The notes under the pieces are model-generated. The model saw only the letters and a program-made list of their open reading frames with translations, did not search any database and was not told the DNA's origin. The translations under genes were made by a program, and so were the position numbers. A DNA stretch of 63,312 nucleotides, counting the filler, from Collodictyon triciliatum (lineage: Eukaryota): NCBI GenBank assembly GCA_043381765.1. It is 5 parts of 5 records of this genome, joined end to end, with 100 filler letters (N's around TTAATTAATTAA, not from the genome) between each part and the next. Parts side by side here need not be neighbours in the genome. Positions count along the whole stretch, not along the records: positions 60,547 to 63,312 come from JBHJMP010001879.1; 4 more parts are not named here. One strand, given 5' to 3'. The first letter of the stretch is position 1. Each line of letters begins with the position of its first letter. Below, in pieces: positions 60,447 to 63,312 of this stretch.

Positions 60447-60546
60447 NNNNNNNNNNNNNNNNNNNNNNNNNNNNNNNNNNNNNNNNNNNNTTAATTAATT
60501 AANNNNNNNNNNNNNNNNNNNNNNNNNNNNNNNNNNNNNNNNNNNN
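60447..60546. other. Artificial assembly spacer
   Basis: 44 N + TTAATTAATTAA + 44 N. Confidence 0.97.
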
Positions 60547-61187
60547 TTATGTTTTTTTATGTTTTTTTATGTTTTTTTATGTTTTTTTATGTTTTTTTAT
60601 GTTTTTTCAATAAAACCGCAAGATCTGTTGCCTTTATTCCTAGATTAACTATGCATGTCAGTATTCACAAGTACTCTATGTTGTTCACACAAACTCAAGC
60701 AGGGACAGCGAGAAGAGGGTGCAAAAGGAGTAATGCCTTGCAAAAAGTTCCCCGCCCCTTTAAAAAAAAACTGGACGATTAAGCGCCTAGCAAGGAGAGA
60801 GAGAAAGCTAGCGAGAAAATACGCATGTGCGCGCGTACGAGAGAACCAAAGGTGGGTGGGTTAGTGGGATGGGTGCGTCTGTGCGTTTGTGAGTTTGTGA
60901 GTTTGTGAGTTTGGCCTTGGCTGTGTGACTGGAATGGCTATGAGGGGTAGGAATGGGACAGAGGCAGAGAGAAGAGGCGATCCGTAAATGTTGCGGTCAA
61001 AACTGCAGAGGGTGCAAGGAACCGAATCAGTGTGGCAAACGCACAACAGAGGAAGGGAGGAAGGGAGGAAGGGTTGCTTTGGGTCTGCAAGTTTATGCAT
61101 AAGAGAAAGAGAAAGCGAAGGAGAAAGCGAAAGCAAAGGAGAGAGCGAAAGCAAAAGAGAAAGCAAAAGAGAAAGCAAAGGGGTGCG

Positions 61188-62942
61188 CTACGAGCGCGGG
61201 AGGGACGGGGCGGAGAGGGAGGGGCGGGGCGGGGAGTTTGCGAGGAGGGCGTCGCGTGCGCGTGCGAGTGCGCGGATGTCGAAGGGGGTGAGGTCGGGCA
61301 GGGCGCGGGGCGGGAGGGCGGGGTCTGCGAGGTCGAGGTCGAGGAAGTCCTTGCCGGAGAGCCTGTGGTGGAGGAGGAGGGCGGTGGTGCGGTCGGAGAG
61401 GTGCATGTAGAAGAGGAGGGCGCGCAGCTCCTGGGGCCGCAGGGAGGCGAGGGCGGCGGGGCTGACGCGGGTGGTCATGAGGGAGTTGAGGGCCAGGTAG
61501 TCCTTGATGGAGCGGAAGACGGGCTGCTCGGCGATGAAGAGCGCCTCCACCTCGCGCAGGGCGGGGCGCGCCTTGGGGTTGTCGGCCATGCCGCGCTTGA
61601 TCATCTCCTGGATGGCCACGGGGCAGCGCGCAGGGGGCGCCCGCGACGCCTTGGCCGGCACCGCGCCGCTCAGCATCTCGCACACCAGCGCCAGCAGCGA
61701 GAAGACGTCGCTCTTTTCGCCCTGGTGCCCGCGCCGGTCGTCCAGCTCGGGGCCGTGGTAGTCGCCGTCGCCGTGGCTGTGGCTGTGGCTGTGGCTGTGG
61801 CTGTGGCCTTCGCCGTCGCTGCTCTGCTTGAGGCGGTGCAGCCCCACGTCCGTCAGCTTGCACACGCCGCGCACCACGAGGACGGTCGTTGCGCGCACGT
61901 TGCGGTGGGCCACGGGCGGGCGCTGGGCGTACATGTAGGCGAGGCCCTTGCAGATGTCCAGGCCGCAGCGCAGGGCGTCGAGCAGCGGCAGGCCCTTGAT
62001 GATGGTCTGGCGCGCAATCAGGGCCCGCAGCGTCTCGCCGGGCGCGTCCTCGCTCACCACGGCAAGGTCCGTGTCCACGATGCAGACGCCGTAGAGCTGG
62101 ACGATGTTGGGGTGCGTCAGGCGCTGCAGCTGCTGCCCCTCGTGCACCGCCGCCTCCACGTCCACCCCGGGGTCCTGCAGCCCCGCAATCGCCACGCGCC
62201 GCACGCTGACCGCCCGCTCCAGCCACGTCCCGCGCCACACGCGCCCGTTGCCGCTGCCCCCGCCGCTGCCCCCGCCGCTGCCCTCGGCCGTCAGCCGCAG
62301 ATCCGCCGCCCGCAGCTGCACGCGCTGGCCCACGCCGACCGCCCCGCCGCCCTCCGCCCCCGCGCCTGCCCCCGCATCCGCATCCCCCGCCGTCTCGTCC
62401 GTCAGGAAGCGGATCCACATGCGCAGCGCCCCGGCGTGCTCCTCGCGCGTGGTCGACGGCGGCTGCGCACGCACCAGCTCCTCCATGTGCCGCAGATCCG
62501 CCAGCCGCAGCCGTGCCGCCTCTGCGCCGTCCAGCGTCTGCCGCGCAGCCTGCAGCTCCTCGCCGAAGTGGTGCACCTGCTGCACCAGCGGACACAGCCA
62601 GTCCTCGCCGATCCCCAGCCCCACCACGCCCTCCAGCAGCGCCCCCGTCCCTGTCCCCGTCCCCGTCCCTGCTCCCGTCCCTCCTCCGCCCTCCCCGTCC
62701 GCCCCTGCCTTGGGCCCCCGGCACAGCTCCCCGATCCGCACCGCGTGCAGCAGCGTCTGGTTCAGCCGCGTCAGCGTCACCCGCACCCCCTCGTTCGTCT
62801 GCGTCCGCTGCCGCTCCAGCGCCTCCCTCAGTCCCCCCACCTGCCCCACAAGATACTTGATCTGCTGCTTCAGGAATACCGCCTGCTCGCTTGCTCGTTC
62901 CAGCTGCTCGATCAGGTCCAGTCCAAAGCTTGCAGAGTCCAT
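61188..62942 (-). CDS. Intronless TKL-type pseudokinase with an N-terminal MLKL/MCAfunc-like helical domain and a C-terminal SAM-like domain (584 aa from the ATG at 62942)
   Basis: Kinase subdomains GRVWRGTW, VSVRR, LTHPNIVQLYG, GLAYMY..PPVAHRNVRATTVLV, KLTDVGL, YHGPEL, KSDVFSL and NPKARP. The VAIK, HRD and DFG residues are substituted. The terminal domain calls are by resemblance only. Confidence 0.85.
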   Translation of the reverse strand: MDSASFGLDLIEQLERASEQAVFLKQQIKYLVGQVGGLREALERQRTQTNEGVRVTLTRLNQTLLHAVRIGELCRGPKAGADGEGGGGTGAGTGTGTGTGALLEGVVGLGIGEDWLCPLVQQVHHFGEELQAARQTLDGAEAARLRLADLRHMEELVRAQPPSTTREEHAGALRMWIRFLTDETAGDADAGAGAGAEGGGAVGVGQRVQLRAADLRLTAEGSGGGSGGGSGNGRVWRGTWLERAVSVRRVAIAGLQDPGVDVEAAVHEGQQLQRLTHPNIVQLYGVCIVDTDLAVVSEDAPGETLRALIARQTIIKGLPLLDALRCGLDICKGLAYMYAQRPPVAHRNVRATTVLVVRGVCKLTDVGLHRLKQSSDGEGHSHSHSHSHSHGDGDYHGPELDDRRGHQGEKSDVFSLLALVCEMLSGAVPAKASRAPPARCPVAIQEMIKRGMADNPKARPALREVEALFIAEQPVFRSIKDYLALNSLMTTRVSPAALASLRPQELRALLFYMHLSDRTTALLLHHRLSGKDFLDLDLADPALPPRALPDLTPFDIRALARARDALLANSPPRPSLSAPSLPRS

Positions 62943-63312
62943 CCTCCCTTCTTCCTTTTCTTTTTCTTTTCCTCCTGCAATACGATCCAAGCGAAAGAAA
63001 AGGCTGTCAAGATATTGTGTATTCAAGAACGTGGGAAAGAAAAAAGCAGTGTTTTCTCTTTTCTTTTTTTTGCTCTTCTTTCCTGCTGCTAGGACTCCTG
63101 TCGCGTGGTCTCAGCCAAGACTTGCTCACCAGGCTTCCACCACTCAAAAAGAGTAGAGGAAGGCGGTGGAGCGGGTGTCAAAGGCGCAGGAAAAAATAGC
63201 AAACAAAAAAAAAAAAAAAAAAAAGGTAGTTTTTTTTTTTAAAAAAAATAAAAAAAATTACAAAAAAAAGAAAAAAAAAAAAAAAAAAAACAAACCAGAA
63301 AAAAAAAAAAAA

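Noticed and set aside
61032-63156. Long overlapping ORFs (686 aa +, 543 aa -, 350 aa +) over the pseudokinase
   Set aside because: Shadow ORFs caused by extreme GC content and scarce stop codons; only the frame ending at 61188 has recognisable motifs.

Overview
Intron-rich, AT-rich eukaryotic (protist, plausibly amoebozoan-like; inference) nuclear DNA in the standard code. Four artificial 100-nt spacers (44 N + TTAATTAATTAA + 44 N) split it into five segments, so linkage across them is unproven. Housekeeping genes recognised from manually spliced translations: KGD4/MRPS36, PTEN, eIF4B-like, EHD, SLD5/GINS4, MPP-beta (partial), PCCB and a WD40 protein. A decayed, internally deleted LINE is also present. 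The most notable content is immune-like. (1) An NLR/STAND-type gene (CH - DUF4062 - NACHT-like NTPase - TPRs on 126-nt one-repeat exons) is spliced to an intronless terminal exon carrying pentapeptide repeats and eight near-identical WD40 repeats with HET-E-like variable positions. (2) An LRR gene encodes one repeat per 69-nt phase-0 exon. (3) A GC-rich intronless gene encodes an MLKL-like helical domain, a pseudokinase and a SAM-like domain. (4) A GC-rich intronless gene encodes a Sel1-repeat protein. There is also a RhoGEF-PH-ankyrin-myotubularin fusion. All domain calls come from motif recognition by eye; no database searches were run.
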